DNA of 64,000 bases from Escherichia coli (lineage in GTDB: Bacteria > Pseudomonadota > Gammaproteobacteria > Enterobacterales > Enterobacteriaceae), in assembly GCF_030384885.1 (NCBI RefSeq), contig NZ_CP128613.1. The stretch is one strand, 5' to 3'. The notes under the pieces were generated by a model, which saw nothing but the letters and a program-made list of their open reading frames with translations, was not told the origin of the DNA and did no database searches. The position numbers and the translations under genes are program-made. Shown one piece after another: positions 13,432 through 25,476 of this stretch. Position 1 is the stretch's first letter. Every line of letters begins with the position of its first letter.

Positions 13432-15018
13432 TTATTGCCCGCGCGTTAACCCCCGCGCGGGTAATTGCTCCATCCATTGCATAAACACCTGCGGCGGCAT
13501 CGCCTTCGCAAAGAACCATCCCTGGCAATAACGCACGCCGCGTTTGCGCAGCCAGTTAACCTGATCCTCAGTTTCTACCCCTTCTGCAATCGTTTTCAGC
13601 CCCAGGCTGTGCGCCAGCTCGATGATGTGTTCCGCAATCAAATGACTGGTTTTATGGGTGGTCAGCGTCTCAACAAACGATTTATCGATTTTCAAAATAT
13701 CAACATTCAATGATTTAAGGTTATGCAAGTTAGAGTAGCCAATACCAAAATCATCAATTGCCACTTCGTAACCGGCCTGGCGGAAAGCCAGAATAATTGG
13801 TGTCATTTTGTCGACATCAAGAAATGCATGTTCAGTCACTTCAAATTTAATTTGCTGTGGACGCACCGCGTATTGCTCTGTTTTCTGATTGGTTCGCGCT
13901 ATCAACCGTGACGTATGAAAATCGGAGGCCGACAGGTTAATAGAAACATAGCGATCGGCATGTGTTGCCAGGTACGCGCCCAGATCGCGGAAGACATTAT
14001 CAATAACATAATCAGTTACCTGTCCGATCATTCCCTCCTTTTCTGCCAGCGGAATAAACTCTGCCGGATTCATTACTTGCCCCTGCTCACCAGGCCAACG
14101 TAACAATGCTTCAGCGCCGATACATTTTTCTGTTTTGATATCGATTATTGGCTGGTAATAAAGGCAAAGTTGATGTTTTTCGAGGGCGCGTTGCAATTTG
14201 CGTTTGGGAGACAAATAGTTTTGTCGAATACGTAGCCAGAGTAATAACAGAACAAGACTCCCCAAAATGCCGGCGGGTAACGCAAAAATAAGATGATTAT
14301 AAAAATGCGCTATAAGACGTTGATATGAAGTCGCAACAATGGCTGCAATTGGGCGTTTTGTCGAATAAACTGTCGCATATAAATAGCCATTTCTTTGTAC
14401 GGTTAAATCATTCAAATGAATCAGCGGAGAAAACGTTGCTGCCGAGGCCTCGTTGCTTAACGAGAAAAAGGTTTTCGTTACCGTATCATACACACCCCAT
14501 TGCAATGTCGGATCATCAGACATCACTTCACTCCAGAATAGAGGGTTGATGACCGCCACATAATTTCCCCGCTGCATATAGGTCATTTTATAGCCAGAGA
14601 AAAAAGGCGTATCGCGGTAATAATAGATAGAAACGTTAGGTTCACGCTTATAATCGGCCGGTGCAATCGTATAACCGTTTACAGGCGCTATCAGCGATGA
14701 GCATAAAAAATGGTTATCACGGGCATAGATCAATTCATTAATATAAAGATAGCCACGAATAATATTCAACATTCGCTTTTGATGGGCCGGAGTGCAAACT
14801 TGCCCCTGATAGCGTTCTGCTGCATCGCTCACTAAATCTGCCTGGCGAATGACCAGCTCGGATTTATCCAGCGCCAGCTGAGCAAAAGTTTGGAGCTGAC
14901 TATTCACTTCTGATTTTGCCCAAAGGAAGGCAATCCATAGCGACAGAATGATGGGAAAGAGAACTAAAAAGATAATGCCCGGCAACGCCAGTAATTGGTG
15001 TCGTGCATGATGACTCAT
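13432..15018 (-). CDS. pdeC: c-di-GMP phosphodiesterase (CSS-motif periplasmic domain plus EAL domain)
   Basis: Track ORF 13432..15027 begins at a TTG; first ATG at 15018 gives 528 aa; two TM segments; EAL-type motifs ([14 protein letters not shown]); K-12 yjcC position. Confidence 0.9.
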
Positions 15019-15301
15019 TGCTATCAATTTCCTGCCTGTTTATACCCGGTCATTGCAAGGCGAGAACCCTGGTTATCGACGTCTTTAGATAAATCTTACG
15101 GTATAAATAGCACTTTTGCCTGATTTGAAATTGATACCTTTTTAATCGTCACCTGAATAAAAATAATTCATTGATATTCAAAATTAATTTCCTACAGGAA
15201 TGCAGAGGCGGCGGGAAGATATGCCCTTAATGCCGCTGAAAAAACACATAATCTGTACGGCAATAAAAGTCACGGCCTAATCTGGCTAACAAACAATCAA
15301 T

Positions 15302-15317
15302 TGTGATATAGTTCACA
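15302..15317. promoter_or_regulatory. CRP-consensus palindrome TGTGA-N6-TCACA
   Basis: TGTGATATAGTTCACA, both half-sites perfect, in the 430-bp pdeC/yjcB intergenic region about 130 bp upstream of yjcB. Confidence 0.45.
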
Positions 15318-15447
15318 AAATTAATGAAACAAACAGAGTGTTTCTTTTTTGTGTTCTGCAAGCCCCGCGATAGCCAGATTGTATCACGCCTCCCGTGAAC
15401 AACGCCGCGCTGTCCAGGGCATCGGCTCTTTTCAGAGGAATTGTTTG

Positions 15448-15729
15448 ATGGCTACCCTCACCACTGGCGTGGTTCTTCTTCGCTGGCAACTTCTTAGTGC
15501 CGTAATGATGTTTCTGGCCAGCACGCTTAACATCCGTTTTCGTCGGTCTGATTATATCGGACTTGCAGTGATCAGCAGCGGTCTCGGCGTGGTTTCCGCC
15601 TGCTGGTTCGCTATGGGATTGCTTGGCATCACAATGGCGGATATCACCGCCATCTGGCACAACATCGAGTCGGTGATGATGGAGCAGATGAATCAGACAC
15701 CACCACAGTGGCCAATGATTTTGACTTGA
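15448..15729 (+). CDS. yjcB: Small inner membrane protein YjcB
   Basis: 93 aa from MATLTTGVVLLRWQ (track ORF 15349..15729 has an upstream extension); hydrophobic; followed by a terminator. Confidence 0.8.
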   Translation: MATLTTGVVLLRWQLLSAVMMFLASTLNIRFRRSDYIGLAVISSGLGVVSACWFAMGLLGITMADITAIWHNIESVMMEQMNQTPPQWPMILT

Positions 15730-15734
15730 TATGT

Positions 15735-15766
15735 AGAAGCCTCCATAACGGAGGCTTCTTTTTTTA
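15735..15766 (+). terminator. Intrinsic terminator of yjcB
   Basis: Stem AGAAGCCTCC/GGAGGCTTCT with loop ATAAC, followed by T7. Confidence 0.8.
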
Positions 15767-15828
15767 TGGCTGGCAGATGCTTTAATCATCCACCTTAAAA
15801 CAATATAACCTATTGTTTTAATGACAAA

Positions 15829-16365
15829 TCAGAACGGAATATCGTCATCAAAGTCCATCGGCGGCTCATTAGACGGTGCTGCCGGAGCAGACTGCTGCGG
15901 GCGAGACTGCGCGCCGCCGCTGAACTGATTGCCGCCCTGCGGCTGCTGAGGCTGACCCCAACCGCCCTGCGGCTGACCACCACCGATATTGCCACCTGCA
16001 GGTGCGCCACCGCCCTGACGGCCGCCCAGCATCTGCATGGTGCCGCCAACGTTTACCACAACTTCAGTGGTGTAGCGATCTTGACCGGATTGATCGGTCC
16101 ATTTGCGGGTACGCAGCTGACCTTCGATATAAACCTGAGAACCTTTACGCAGATATTCGCTGGCTACTTCTGCCAGTTTGCCGAACAGCACAACGCGGTG
16201 CCATTCAGTCTGCTCTTTCATCTCGCCGGTCGCTTTATCACGCCAGGATTCGGAAGTAGCCAGCGTAATGTTGGCAACTGCGCCACCATTTGGCATGTAG
16301 CGTACTTCCGGGTCCTGACCCAGATTACCAACGAGAATAACCTTGTTTACGCCTCTGCTGGCCAT
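15829..16365 (-). CDS. ssb: Single-stranded DNA-binding protein
   Basis: 178-aa ORF; OB-fold N-terminus; Gly/Gln/Pro-rich linker; acidic C-terminal tail DFDDDIPF. Confidence 0.98.
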   Translation of the reverse strand: MASRGVNKVILVGNLGQDPEVRYMPNGGAVANITLATSESWRDKATGEMKEQTEWHRVVLFGKLAEVASEYLRKGSQVYIEGQLRTRKWTDQSGQDRYTTEVVVNVGGTMQMLGGRQGGGAPAGGNIGGGQPQGGWGQPQQPQGGNQFSGGAQSRPQQSAPAAPSNEPPMDFDDDIPF

Positions 16366-16516
16366 GTTCGTGTCTCCTGAAAAAAAATCGTTCTGAATAA
16401 GTGTAAACGCGCGATTGTACCATTACCAATAGCGCTTTTACTATGTTGTGACCTCGGTTCAGGGAAACAAACCTGGCCAGGCATTGTTACACAACACTCC
16501 GGGTAATGCATTCCAA

Positions 16517-16536
16517 TACTGTATATTCATTCAGGT
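16517..16536. promoter_or_regulatory. LexA (SOS) box in the divergent ssb/uvrA promoter region
   Basis: TACTGTATATTCATTCAGGT fits CTGT-N8-ACAG. Confidence 0.85.
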
Positions 16537-16619
16537 CAATTTGTGTCATAATTAACCGTTTGTGATCGCCGGTAGCACCATGCCACCGGGCAAAAAAGCG
16601 TTTAATCCGGGAAAGGTGA

Positions 16620-19442
16620 ATGGATAAGATCGAAGTTCGGGGCGCCCGCACCCATAATCTCAAAAACATCAACCTCGTTATCCCCCGCGACAAGCTCATT
16701 GTCGTGACCGGGCTTTCGGGTTCTGGCAAATCCTCGCTCGCTTTCGACACCTTATATGCCGAAGGGCAGCGCCGTTACGTTGAATCCCTTTCCGCCTACG
16801 CGCGGCAGTTTCTGTCACTGATGGAAAAGCCGGACGTCGATCATATTGAGGGGCTTTCTCCTGCCATCTCGATTGAGCAGAAATCGACGTCTCATAACCC
16901 GCGTTCTACGGTGGGGACAATCACCGAAATCCACGACTATTTGCGTTTGTTGTTCGCCCGCGTCGGTGAGCCGCGCTGCCCGGACCACGATGTACCGCTG
17001 GCGGCGCAAACCGTCAGCCAGATGGTGGATAACGTGCTGTCGCAGCCGGAAGGTAAACGCCTGATGCTGCTCGCGCCAATCATTAAAGAGCGCAAAGGCG
17101 AACACACCAAAACGCTGGAAAATCTGGCAAGCCAGGGTTACATCCGTGCTCGTATTGATGGCGAAGTCTGCGATCTTTCCGATCCGCCGAAACTGGAACT
17201 GCAAAAGAAACACACCATTGAAGTGGTGGTTGATCGCTTCAAGGTGCGTGACGATCTTACCCAACGTCTTGCCGAGTCGTTTGAAACCGCGCTAGAGCTT
17301 TCCGGTGGTACAGCGGTGGTTGCTGATATGGACGATCCAAAAGCGGAAGAGCTGCTTTTCTCAGCGAACTTCGCTTGTCCAATTTGCGGCTACAGTATGC
17401 GTGAACTGGAGCCGCGACTGTTTTCGTTTAACAACCCGGCGGGGGCCTGCCCGACCTGTGACGGCCTTGGCGTACAGCAATATTTCGATCCTGATCGCGT
17501 GATCCAAAACCCGGAACTGTCGCTGGCTGGCGGTGCGATCCGAGGCTGGGATCGCCGCAACTTCTATTACTTCCAGATGCTGAAATCGCTGGCAGATCAC
17601 TATAAGTTCGACGTCGAAGCGCCGTGGGGCAGCCTGAGCGCGAATGTGCATAAAGTGGTGTTGTACGGTTCTGGCAAAGAAAACATTGAATTCAAATACA
17701 TGAACGATCGTGGCGATACCTCCATTCGTCGTCATCCGTTCGAAGGCGTGCTGCACAATATGGAGCGCCGTTATAAAGAGACGGAATCCAGTGCGGTACG
17801 CGAAGAATTAGCCAAGTTTATCAGCAATCGCCCGTGCGCCAGCTGCGAAGGAACGCGTCTGCGTCGGGAAGCGCGCCATGTGTATGTCGAGAATACGCCG
17901 CTGCCTGCTATCTCCGACATGAGCATCGGTCATGCGATGGAATTCTTCAACAATCTCAAACTCGCAGGTCAACGAGCGAAGATTGCGGAAAAAATTCTTA
18001 AGGAGATTGGCGATCGCCTGAAATTCCTCGTTAACGTCGGCCTGAATTACCTGACACTTTCCCGCTCGGCAGAAACGCTTTCTGGCGGTGAAGCCCAGCG
18101 TATCCGTCTGGCGAGCCAGATTGGTGCGGGCCTGGTTGGCGTTATGTACGTGCTCGATGAGCCGTCTATCGGCCTGCACCAGCGCGATAACGAGCGCCTG
18201 CTGGGTACGCTTATCCATCTGCGCGATCTCGGTAATACCGTGATTGTGGTGGAGCACGACGAAGACGCGATTCGCGCCGCTGACCATGTGATCGACATTG
18301 GCCCGGGCGCAGGTGTACACGGCGGTGAAGTAGTCGCGGAAGGTCCCCTGGAAGCGATTATGGCGGTGCCTGAGTCGTTAACCGGGCAGTACATGAGCGG
18401 CAAACGCAAGATTGAAGTGCCGAAGAAACGCGTTCCGGCGAATCCGGAAAAAGTGCTGAAGCTGACAGGCGCACGTGGTAATAACCTGAAAGACGTGACG
18501 CTGACGCTGCCAGTCGGTCTGTTTACCTGCATCACAGGGGTTTCAGGTTCCGGTAAATCGACGCTGATTAACGACACACTGTTCCCGATTGCCCAACGCC
18601 AGTTGAATGGTGCGACCATCGCCGAACCGGCACCTTATCGCGATATTCAGGGGCTGGAGCATTTCGATAAAGTGATCGATATCGACCAAAGCCCAATTGG
18701 TCGTACTCCGCGTTCTAACCCGGCGACCTATACCGGCGTGTTTACGCCTGTGCGCGAACTGTTTGCGGGCGTACCGGAATCCCGTGCGCGCGGTTATACG
18801 CCAGGACGTTTCAGCTTTAACGTCCGTGGCGGACGCTGCGAAGCCTGTCAGGGCGACGGCGTGATCAAAGTGGAGATGCACTTCCTGCCGGACATTTACG
18901 TACCGTGCGACCAGTGCAAAGGTAAACGCTATAACCGTGAAACGCTGGAGATTAAGTACAAAGGCAAAACCATCCACGAAGTGCTGGATATGACCATCGA
19001 AGAGGCGCGTGAGTTCTTTGATGCGGTGCCAGCTCTGGCGCGTAAGCTGCAAACGTTGATGGACGTTGGCCTGACGTACATTCGCCTCGGGCAGTCCGCA
19101 ACCACGCTTTCTGGTGGTGAAGCCCAGCGCGTGAAGCTGGCGCGTGAGCTGTCAAAACGCGGCACCGGGCAGACACTGTATATTCTCGACGAGCCGACCA
19201 CCGGTCTGCACTTCGCCGATATTCAGCAACTGCTCGACGTACTGCATAAACTGCGCGATCAGGGCAATACCATCGTGGTGATTGAGCACAATCTCGACGT
19301 GATCAAAACCGCTGACTGGATTGTCGACCTGGGGCCGGAAGGCGGCAGTGGCGGCGGCGAGATCCTCGTCTCCGGTACACCAGAAACCGTCGCGGAGTGC
19401 GAAGCTTCGCATACGGCGCGCTTCCTCAAGCCGATGCTGTAA
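16620..19442 (+). CDS. uvrA: UvrA, excinuclease ABC subunit A
   Basis: 940-aa ORF; two ABC ATPase modules with Walker [10 protein letters not shown] and GVSGSGKST; zinc-finger cysteine pairs. Confidence 0.98.
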   Translation: MDKIEVRGARTHNLKNINLVIPRDKLIVVTGLSGSGKSSLAFDTLYAEGQRRYVESLSAYARQFLSLMEKPDVDHIEGLSPAISIEQKSTSHNPRSTVGTITEIHDYLRLLFARVGEPRCPDHDVPLAAQTVSQMVDNVLSQPEGKRLMLLAPIIKERKGEHTKTLENLASQGYIRARIDGEVCDLSDPPKLELQKKHTIEVVVDRFKVRDDLTQRLAESFETALELSGGTAVVADMDDPKAEELLFSANFACPICGYSMRELEPRLFSFNNPAGACPTCDGLGVQQYFDPDRVIQNPELSLAGGAIRGWDRRNFYYFQMLKSLADHYKFDVEAPWGSLSANVHKVVLYGSGKENIEFKYMNDRGDTSIRRHPFEGVLHNMERRYKETESSAVREELAKFISNRPCASCEGTRLRREARHVYVENTPLPAISDMSIGHAMEFFNNLKLAGQRAKIAEKILKEIGDRLKFLVNVGLNYLTLSRSAETLSGGEAQRIRLASQIGAGLVGVMYVLDEPSIGLHQRDNERLLGTLIHLRDLGNTVIVVEHDEDAIRAADHVIDIGPGAGVHGGEVVAEGPLEAIMAVPESLTGQYMSGKRKIEVPKKRVPANPEKVLKLTGARGNNLKDVTLTLPVGLFTCITGVSGSGKSTLINDTLFPIAQRQLNGATIAEPAPYRDIQGLEHFDKVIDIDQSPIGRTPRSNPATYTGVFTPVRELFAGVPESRARGYTPGRFSFNVRGGRCEACQGDGVIKVEMHFLPDIYVPCDQCKGKRYNRETLEIKYKGKTIHEVLDMTIEEAREFFDAVPALARKLQTLMDVGLTYIRLGQSATTLSGGEAQRVKLARELSKRGTGQTLYILDEPTTGLHFADIQQLLDVLHKLRDQGNTIVVIEHNLDVIKTADWIVDLGPEGGSGGGEILVSGTPETVAECEASHTARFLKPML

Positions 19443-19449
19443 TCGTTAA

Positions 19450-19478
19450 GGCCGCTTTCTGAGCGGCCTTTTCCTTTC
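19450..19478 (+). terminator. Intrinsic terminator of uvrA
   Basis: Stem GGCCGCT/AGCGGCC with loop TTCTG, then TTTTCCTTTC. Confidence 0.75.
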
Positions 19479-19833
19479 AGAGTTGCACCAGCAATTTACG
19501 TTTTTCTTCCGGCAGCAAATTCACCGCCTGCTGATAAGACGCATCCACCAGATAATAGATTTGCGAATCCGGTAGCGATCCGTCGAGATACACGGTGCTC
19601 CAGTGCGCTTTATTCAGATGGCGGCTTGGACGCACATCGCTGTGCTGCTGTCGTAGCAGCTCAGCCAGCTCCGGGCTGGTTTTCAGCGAAACAGCTGGGC
19701 GATTTTCTACTTCTTTCACCATCGCAAACAGTACATCTTCCACTTTGATCTGCGTCGCTTTCCAGTCGTTATGCACGCTCTGTTCTGCGCCTGGTTTTGC
19801 CATGCAATATTGTAGCAACTCCGAAATGGTCAT
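19477..19833 (-). CDS. yjbR: Conserved protein YjbR
   Basis: 118-aa ORF; position and length as K-12 yjbR. Confidence 0.88.
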   Translation of the reverse strand: MTISELLQYCMAKPGAEQSVHNDWKATQIKVEDVLFAMVKEVENRPAVSLKTSPELAELLRQQHSDVRPSRHLNKAHWSTVYLDGSLPDSQIYYLVDASYQQAVNLLPEEKRKLLVQL

Positions 19834-19836
19834 TTT

Positions 19837-20253
19837 TTACTCCCCTTGTAGTGTCGCGATGATGCGACGCGATCCGCCGTGGATGCGATGTTCCCCCAGC
19901 CAGATGCCTTGCCAGGTGCCGGTCTGAATACGCCCTTTATGCACCGGCAATACAAGCGATGTTCCCAGCATTGAGGATTTGATATGAGAAGGCATATCGT
20001 CTGCTCCCTCATAGTCATGCTCATAATTTCCGTTATCGGGAACGGTGCGGAGGAAAAAACGCTCCATGTCGTGGCGTACGGTGGGATCGCAGTTCTCATT
20101 AAGTGTCAGAGAGGCGGAGGTATGTTGCAGCAACAGATGCAGTAAACCGATGTTAACGCGCGGCATATCAGCCAGCTGATGCAGTATTTCATCCGTTACC
20201 AGATGAAATCCACGAGATTTGGCGCTAAGCGTGAGCGTCTTTTGATACCACAT
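19837..20253 (-). CDS. yjbQ: UPF0047-family protein YjbQ
   Basis: 138-aa ORF, 3 bp from yjbR; position and length as K-12 yjbQ. Confidence 0.88.
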   Translation of the reverse strand: MWYQKTLTLSAKSRGFHLVTDEILHQLADMPRVNIGLLHLLLQHTSASLTLNENCDPTVRHDMERFFLRTVPDNGNYEHDYEGADDMPSHIKSSMLGTSLVLPVHKGRIQTGTWQGIWLGEHRIHGGSRRIIATLQGE

Positions 20254-20363
20254 GTGCTGCTCCTTGATAAAACTCTCTTAATCAGTTTGCAGCAAGACAG
20301 CGAAAGGATAAAGGTGTGATTAAAAAAACAGCATTCGGGAGAGCATCACGCTCTCCCGCTCTG

Positions 20364-21099
<736 letters not shown>

Positions 21100-21124
21100 C
21101 TATTGAAACGTTTTATTATGAGAT

Positions 21125-21346
21125 TTGTTGCAAAAACCATCTGACCATAACGCCAGCTGCCAGGGAATAAAAGGGTTATCTACGGCTTTTGTTAAGAAAG
21201 GGAGCAGGATCACATGCGATCAGACTATGTTTGTTGTATTTAATAACTTAATGGCTCTCTATTGTGTAAAAATATTCGGATATAAAAACTTCTATTTTCT
21301 CAGTAGGAAATATCGATTATCAGAACCCATTCCTTTGTACGATTAG
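21125..21346 (+). CDS. yjbS: Small hypothetical ORF at the K-12 yjbS position
   Basis: 73-aa ORF between aphA and tyrB on the opposite strand; no recognisable motifs; may not be expressed. Confidence 0.25.
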   Translation: MLQKPSDHNASCQGIKGLSTAFVKKGSRITCDQTMFVVFNNLMALYCVKIFGYKNFYFLSRKYRLSEPIPLYD

Positions 21347-21414
21347 CCGAAAAAATACGTATACCCACTTATTGATGATTGAGCAGGCGGCTGTTCATCC
21401 GCCTGCCAACGACA

Positions 21415-22608
21415 TTACATCACCGCAGCAAACGCCTTTGCCACACGTTGTACATTTGCCGTATTTAACCCGGCGACACACATGCGACCGCTGGCGATGA
21501 GATAGACACCAAATTCTTCACGTAGTCGGTCAACCTGAGCGGCACTTAAACCGGTATAACTGAACATACCGCGCTGATTAAGCAGATAATCGAAATTGCG
21601 TTCTGGCATTTCTGTGCTCAATACCTTCACCAGTTCCTGACGCATCGCCAGAATGCGAGTACGCATCTCTTCGACTTCCGCCAGCCAGCTGGCTTTCAAT
21701 GCCTCGTCATTCAGCACCGCAGCCACCACCTGCGCACCAAAATTCGGCGGGCTGGAGTAGTTGCGGCGAACTGTTGCTTTCAATTGCCCCAGTACGCGCC
21801 CTGCGGCTTCGGCATCTTCACACAGCACAGAAAGTCCGCCGACGCGCTCGCCGTAAAGGGAGAAAATTTTCGAGAACGAATTGCTCACCAGAGCAGGTAA
21901 TCCCGCGCTGGCAATGGCGCGAATGGCGTAGGCATCTTCTTCCATACCGGCACCAAATCCTTGATAGGCAATATCAAGAAATGGGATAAGCTCGCGGGCT
22001 TTGAGAATTTCAATCACCGCATCCCACTGGTCATTGGTGAGATCGGCACCGGTTGGGTTGTGGCAGCATGGATGCAGCAACACAATACTGCGGGCAGGTA
22101 ATGTTTCCAGCGTCGCTAACAGGTCATTAAAACGCACGCCGTTGGTTGCTTTGTCGTACCAGGGGTAAGTACTCACTTCGAAACCAGCCCCGGCGAATAT
22201 TGCTACGTGGTTTTCCCAGGTGGGATCGCTGACCCATACGCCTGATTCCGGGAAGTAACGCTTCAGGAAGTCAGCGCCCACTTTCAATGCCCCTGAGCCG
22301 CCAAGGGTTTGAATGGTTGCTACGCGCTGTTGTTGCATTACCGGATGGTCCGCACCAAACAGCAGCGGCGTAATAGCATGGCGATAGCTGTTAAGCCCTT
22401 CCATCGGTAAATAAAGCGAAGCGCCATGAGGCTGCGCATTCAGGCGCACTTCCGCATCCGCCACGGCTTTCAGTTGGGGAATAATTCCGTCTTCGTTGTA
22501 GTACAGACCGATACTTAAATTCACTTTGTCGCTGCGAGGGTCTTCTTTGAAACGCTCCATAAGCGTAAGAATCGGGTCGCCAGCGTAGGCGTCAACTTTT
22601 TGAAACAC
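21415..22608 (-). CDS. tyrB: Aromatic-amino-acid aminotransferase
   Basis: Track ORF 21415..22650; start taken at GTG (22608) giving 397 aa beginning [15 protein letters not shown]; PLP aminotransferase class I motifs ([14 protein letters not shown]). Confidence 0.95.
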   Translation of the reverse strand: MFQKVDAYAGDPILTLMERFKEDPRSDKVNLSIGLYYNEDGIIPQLKAVADAEVRLNAQPHGASLYLPMEGLNSYRHAITPLLFGADHPVMQQQRVATIQTLGGSGALKVGADFLKRYFPESGVWVSDPTWENHVAIFAGAGFEVSTYPWYDKATNGVRFNDLLATLETLPARSIVLLHPCCHNPTGADLTNDQWDAVIEILKARELIPFLDIAYQGFGAGMEEDAYAIRAIASAGLPALVSNSFSKIFSLYGERVGGLSVLCEDAEAAGRVLGQLKATVRRNYSSPPNFGAQVVAAVLNDEALKASWLAEVEEMRTRILAMRQELVKVLSTEMPERNFDYLLNQRGMFSYTGLSAAQVDRLREEFGVYLIASGRMCVAGLNTANVQRVAKAFAAVM

Positions 22609-22689
22609 GCGATGGTTCTCCAGGTTTACGGGCAGGTGGTTAAACCACAATAAACCGGAAGAAGGCGAAGATCGAGTGGATGTTCAAAG

Positions 22690-23694
22690 TCAGTCGGGAA
22701 GTTGATGAAGAATTTGCCCCAGTCGCTCTTGCAGCGAACCCGAAACCGAAAGATAAGGAATGTTCCTGCGCGATAATTCCTGTTCGTACCACGCCTGCTG
22801 CCGCGCGCGAAACGCCTCTCCTTGCCGGGTGCCATCCTGCACAAAGGGAAATTCCGCGCCGCAAAGCACCACCAGAGAGTATTCCCGCTCCGCCAGCTGG
22901 TGAAGTTCCTTCGGGGCATGACCATATTGATCAAGGGTATAGAACAAGGTCGTGAGTGGCGATGTGTCACATATAAGATAGCGATTAGCTTCTGCTTGTT
23001 GTTCCCGACGTACCTGTTCGCGGGCGATATGCAACAAATCGTCTGCGGTTAAAACACCATTTTTCTCTTCCCAATAGTCGCGACCAAATTCAGCGACATA
23101 CGCCGTGTCGAGCACGTCCGCCAGCGCTTTTGAAAGTGTGCTCTTACCGGTTGATTCGCCACCAAGCAGACAGATACGGCGAACGAAACTGCGATAAACG
23201 TCGTGCGCCAGCATGTAACGATAGCGGTGAACGTCGGAACGAATCAGCGTTCCCGAAGGAGATTTATCGCCAAGTGGACGCTGTAATCGAATGTGTTCAA
23301 CAGGTTGGGCAAAACGCTTTGTCAGCACTTTAGCAAAACCGTCACCATAATCTTCTGCGGTAAATACAGCGTGTGGGCGGCAATGTAATACCTGCAGGCA
23401 CAGCGTCGCCACATAATGACGATGGATGTCGGCATCGGCATCATTATGCGGTATGGCAGGTAAGTTATAACGCGCGATCAGTTCGGGAGTCAGTACCAGA
23501 ACCGTCGCTCGCGGGAAGCTCACTTGCAGCCACGTCAGGCGCTTTTCAGGTTCACAGTCAGGCATTTCCGGCACGGAATAACTGATGATGAACAGTTCTT
23601 CACATTGTGCCAGCGCGGTATTGATCAACCGTTCATGACCACAATGCAAAGGCGCGAATTTGCCAACCACCAGTCCCGTTACGAAAGGCTTCAT
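22690..23694 (-). CDS. NadR-like bifunctional NMN adenylyltransferase / ribosylnicotinamide kinase lacking the N-terminal HTH domain
   Basis: 334 aa from ATG at 23694 (ATGA overlap with upstream gene stop); nucleotidyltransferase motif GKFAPLHCGHERLI (HxGH); Walker A GGESTGKST followed by EFGRDYWE as in the NadR RNK domain. Confidence 0.8.
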   Translation of the reverse strand: MKPFVTGLVVGKFAPLHCGHERLINTALAQCEELFIISYSVPEMPDCEPEKRLTWLQVSFPRATVLVLTPELIARYNLPAIPHNDADADIHRHYVATLCLQVLHCRPHAVFTAEDYGDGFAKVLTKRFAQPVEHIRLQRPLGDKSPSGTLIRSDVHRYRYMLAHDVYRSFVRRICLLGGESTGKSTLSKALADVLDTAYVAEFGRDYWEEKNGVLTADDLLHIAREQVRREQQAEANRYLICDTSPLTTLFYTLDQYGHAPKELHQLAEREYSLVVLCGAEFPFVQDGTRQGEAFRARQQAWYEQELSRRNIPYLSVSGSLQERLGQILHQLPD

Positions 23695-24248
23695 GATGCC
23701 CGCAGCTCCTTGCGCCACTGATACAAACCATGCCAGGCGTTAATCCAGAACAGGAAATATAAACCGGCGGTCAAGTTTAAACCACGCGTCATATACAGTG
23801 GCACCGCCAGGGTATTCACTGCTAACCAGACGTACCAGTTTTCGATACGTCTTCCCATCAACATGAATTGTGCCAGAACGCTGAAGGTCAAAATCAACGA
23901 ATCCAGCCAGGGGGCCCAGGCATTGGTAAAGGTGTGGAGCAAAAAGCCGTAGCCACCTGCCACGACGACGGCACAGAGCAACAAGAGGAAAAAGTGACTG
24001 GCTTGCGTCCGGCGCACCGGCAAGACATCGCCACCCTGACCTTTCAGCCAGTGGATCCAACCGATGATGCTGGTTGCGATGAAGAATAACTGGAGCGTGA
24101 CATCGGCATAGAGTTGCACGGACCAAAAAACCCAGCCATACAGCATGCTACCAATTATGCCGATCCACCACGTATGCACATTGTTTCTGGCGGCCAGCCA
24201 GACGGAAACCGCGTATGCCAGACACGCGGCGATTTCTGAATAAGACAT
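23691..24248 (-). CDS. PnuC-like nicotinamide riboside (nucleoside) transporter
   Basis: 185-aa multi-TM ORF; PnuC-type motifs (QLYADVTLQLFF...GWIHW; ENWYVWLAVN); strong SD GGGAGGG 5 nt upstream; start lies 22 bp downstream of the alr stop. Confidence 0.75.
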   Translation of the reverse strand: MSYSEIAACLAYAVSVWLAARNNVHTWWIGIIGSMLYGWVFWSVQLYADVTLQLFFIATSIIGWIHWLKGQGGDVLPVRRTQASHFFLLLLCAVVVAGGYGFLLHTFTNAWAPWLDSLILTFSVLAQFMLMGRRIENWYVWLAVNTLAVPLYMTRGLNLTAGLYFLFWINAWHGLYQWRKELRAS

Positions 24249-24270
24249 TGTCCCTCCCTGGAGACGGGTA

Positions 24271-25350
24271 TTAATCCACGTATTTCATCGCGACCCTTGA
24301 AGTCAGGCGCGTGATAAGTTCGTAAGCGCTCACTTTCGTCATTTCAGCGATACGTTCTACGGGCAAACCTTCGCCCCATAAAATGACCGGGTCCCCGGCT
24401 TTATCCTGCGCCTGTGGACCTAAGTCGACGCAGATCATATCCATCGCGACTCGCCCGACAATCGGCACTTCGCGACCGTTCACCAGCACTGGCGTACCGG
24501 ACGGCGCGGCGCGCGGATAACCATCGCCATAACCCATAGCGACTACGCCAAGACGGGTATTACGTTCGCTTACCCAGGTTCCACCATAACCGACAGGCTC
24601 TCCGGCTTTATGCTCACGCACAGCAATCAGGCTGGAGGTCAATGACATTACCGGCTGACAGCCAAAATCGGCACCGGTGGAGCGATCTTCCAGCGGCGAG
24701 ACACCGTAAAGAATGATGCCCGGGCGCACCCAGTCAAAATGTGACTGTGGCCACAGCAGAATGCCCCCCGACGCGGCAATGGAACGTTGACCAGGTTTGC
24801 CTTCACAAAAGGTATTAAAGATATCGAGTTGTTTCTCGGTTGCACCGCATTTTGGCTCATCCGCGCGCGCAAAATGGCTGACAATATTCACCGGCTGACG
24901 AACGTTTTTGCACTGAGTCAGGCGATGATAAAACGTCTCAGCCTGTTCCGGCCTTACGCCCAGACGGTGCATACCGGTATCGAGTTTCATCCAGACGGTA
25001 ACCGGCTCGTCCAGGCTGGCCTCTTCCAGCGCAGCAAGCTGTTCTTCGTTATGCACGGCGGTATGAAAATGTTGCGCAGAAATCGTCGGTAGATCTCTGG
25101 CATCAAAAAAGCCTTCGAGTAACAGTACAGGTTTGGTGATTCCCCCCGCACGCAGTCGCAGAGCTTCTTCGAGACGGGCTACGCCAAAGGCGTCAGCATC
25201 GGGGAGCGTTCGCGCGGTCTCAAGAAGACCGTGACCATAAGCGTTCGCTTTCACCACCGCAACCATTTTACTGGCAGGTGCCAGTTCACGAAGACGTTGC
25301 AGGTTGTGTCGCAGAGCGCGGCGGTTAATCACAACAGTTGCCGCTTGCAT
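24271..25350 (-). CDS. alr: Alanine racemase, biosynthetic
   Basis: 359-aa ORF; PLP-binding [10 protein letters not shown] motif near the N-terminus. Confidence 0.96.
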   Translation of the reverse strand: MQAATVVINRRALRHNLQRLRELAPASKMVAVVKANAYGHGLLETARTLPDADAFGVARLEEALRLRAGGITKPVLLLEGFFDARDLPTISAQHFHTAVHNEEQLAALEEASLDEPVTVWMKLDTGMHRLGVRPEQAETFYHRLTQCKNVRQPVNIVSHFARADEPKCGATEKQLDIFNTFCEGKPGQRSIAASGGILLWPQSHFDWVRPGIILYGVSPLEDRSTGADFGCQPVMSLTSSLIAVREHKAGEPVGYGGTWVSERNTRLGVVAMGYGDGYPRAAPSGTPVLVNGREVPIVGRVAMDMICVDLGPQAQDKAGDPVILWGEGLPVERIAEMTKVSAYELITRLTSRVAMKYVD

Positions 25351-25476
25351 TTGTGTTCCTTTTTTTCAGGTTCTGCCCACCCGTGCAAAACCTCGCTAAA
25401 CAGATAGGACCGGAGTATGCTATTCCACATCCAGGGATGGGTTTATAAACGGCAAGATGATATCGGATTTTCAGCC

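Noticed and set aside
15019-15027. TTG-initiated 3-codon extension of pdeC in the ORF track
   Set aside because: The first ATG at 15018 gives the expected 528-aa product; the TTG start is unsupported
15766-15828. ssb terminator
   Set aside because: The only hairpins between ssb and yjcB lack a U tract on the minus strand, so no ssb terminator could be assigned with confidence
18047-19052. Minus-strand ORFs of 169-190 aa inside uvrA
   Set aside because: Antisense to the uvrA frame, which has conserved ABC motifs; Arg/Pro-rich shadow ORFs
25417-25476. 20-codon N-terminal extension of the secreted hypothetical protein
   Set aside because: The extension would bury the signal peptide, and its GGAG is only 1 nt from the ATG; the start at 25477 is preferred but unproven
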